DNA of 63,075 bases, counting the filler, from Octopus bimaculoides (Eukaryota): the NCBI RefSeq assembly GCF_001194135.2. It is 7 parts of 6 records of this genome, joined end to end, with 100 filler letters (N's around TTAATTAATTAA, not from the genome) between each part and the next. Parts side by side here need not be neighbours in the genome. Positions count along the whole stretch, not along the records: positions 61,141 to 63,075 come from NW_026344032.1; 6 more parts are not named here. The stretch is one strand, 5' to 3'. Shown here piece by piece: positions 62,618-63,075 of this stretch. Position 1 is the first letter of the stretch. Every line of letters starts with the position of its first letter. The notes under the pieces are model-generated. The model did no database searches, was not told the origin of the DNA, and worked only from the letters and a program-made list of their open reading frames with translations. The translations under genes and the position numbers were made by a program.

Positions 62618-63075
62618 ATATATATATGTTCGGCCAAGTTTGATCTTTCTTTCTTGGCTGGATGTTGCGTGTGCAGCATCGTTATTCCTCCCCGTGCTTG
62701 TGAAATCTTGTATCCCTGCTGTAAGGCCTTATTTCCATACTAGCTATATAAATACATACATACGTAGGTACACACACACACAAACACACACACACGTGTG
62801 TGCATATGTATGCTTGAATCTATAACTATATATCTACCTGTCTGTTTGTACACACACACACAACACACACACACACACATACATACATATATACATGCAT
62901 AACTATACGTGTGCATGTTTATATTTATGTGTATGTATATATACATGACTACATATAAATATACACATATGTAAATGTGTATAAATATATACATAGCCAT
63001 TTTACAAAATTACATATAATTAAAGTTTCTGTGTGTAGATAGCTAAATATACGAATATATACATATATATATATA

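Overview
This is AT-rich, microsatellite-dense eukaryotic DNA from a gapped draft assembly. It is most likely an octopus genome, inferred from the KRAB-less C2H2 zinc-finger gene and the SINE, RTE, R4-Dong, Penelope and Helitron repertoire. One intact protein-coding ORF is supported: a minus-strand C2H2 zinc-finger gene (50472-49735, 7 full fingers plus 1 truncated), followed by about 600 bp of decayed fingers. The rest is mostly transposon debris: two R4-clade LINE families tied to different microsatellites ((CATA)n versus (TAA)n), RTE and CR1-like LINE fragments, three Penelope-like elements, two Helitrons, mariner and hAT remnants, MITEs and many SINEs. Structure that the TE calls do not explain includes a five-copy ancient tandem block at 9-24 kb (one copy reads like a decayed TM-TIR receptor), a ~337-bp tandem unit at 4.4-6.7 kb, near-identical 709-bp direct repeats around a decayed Penelope ORF, and hammerhead-ribozyme-like cores. 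No rRNA, tRNA gene or CRISPR array was seen. All calls were made by eye without database searches, so TE boundaries are approximate.
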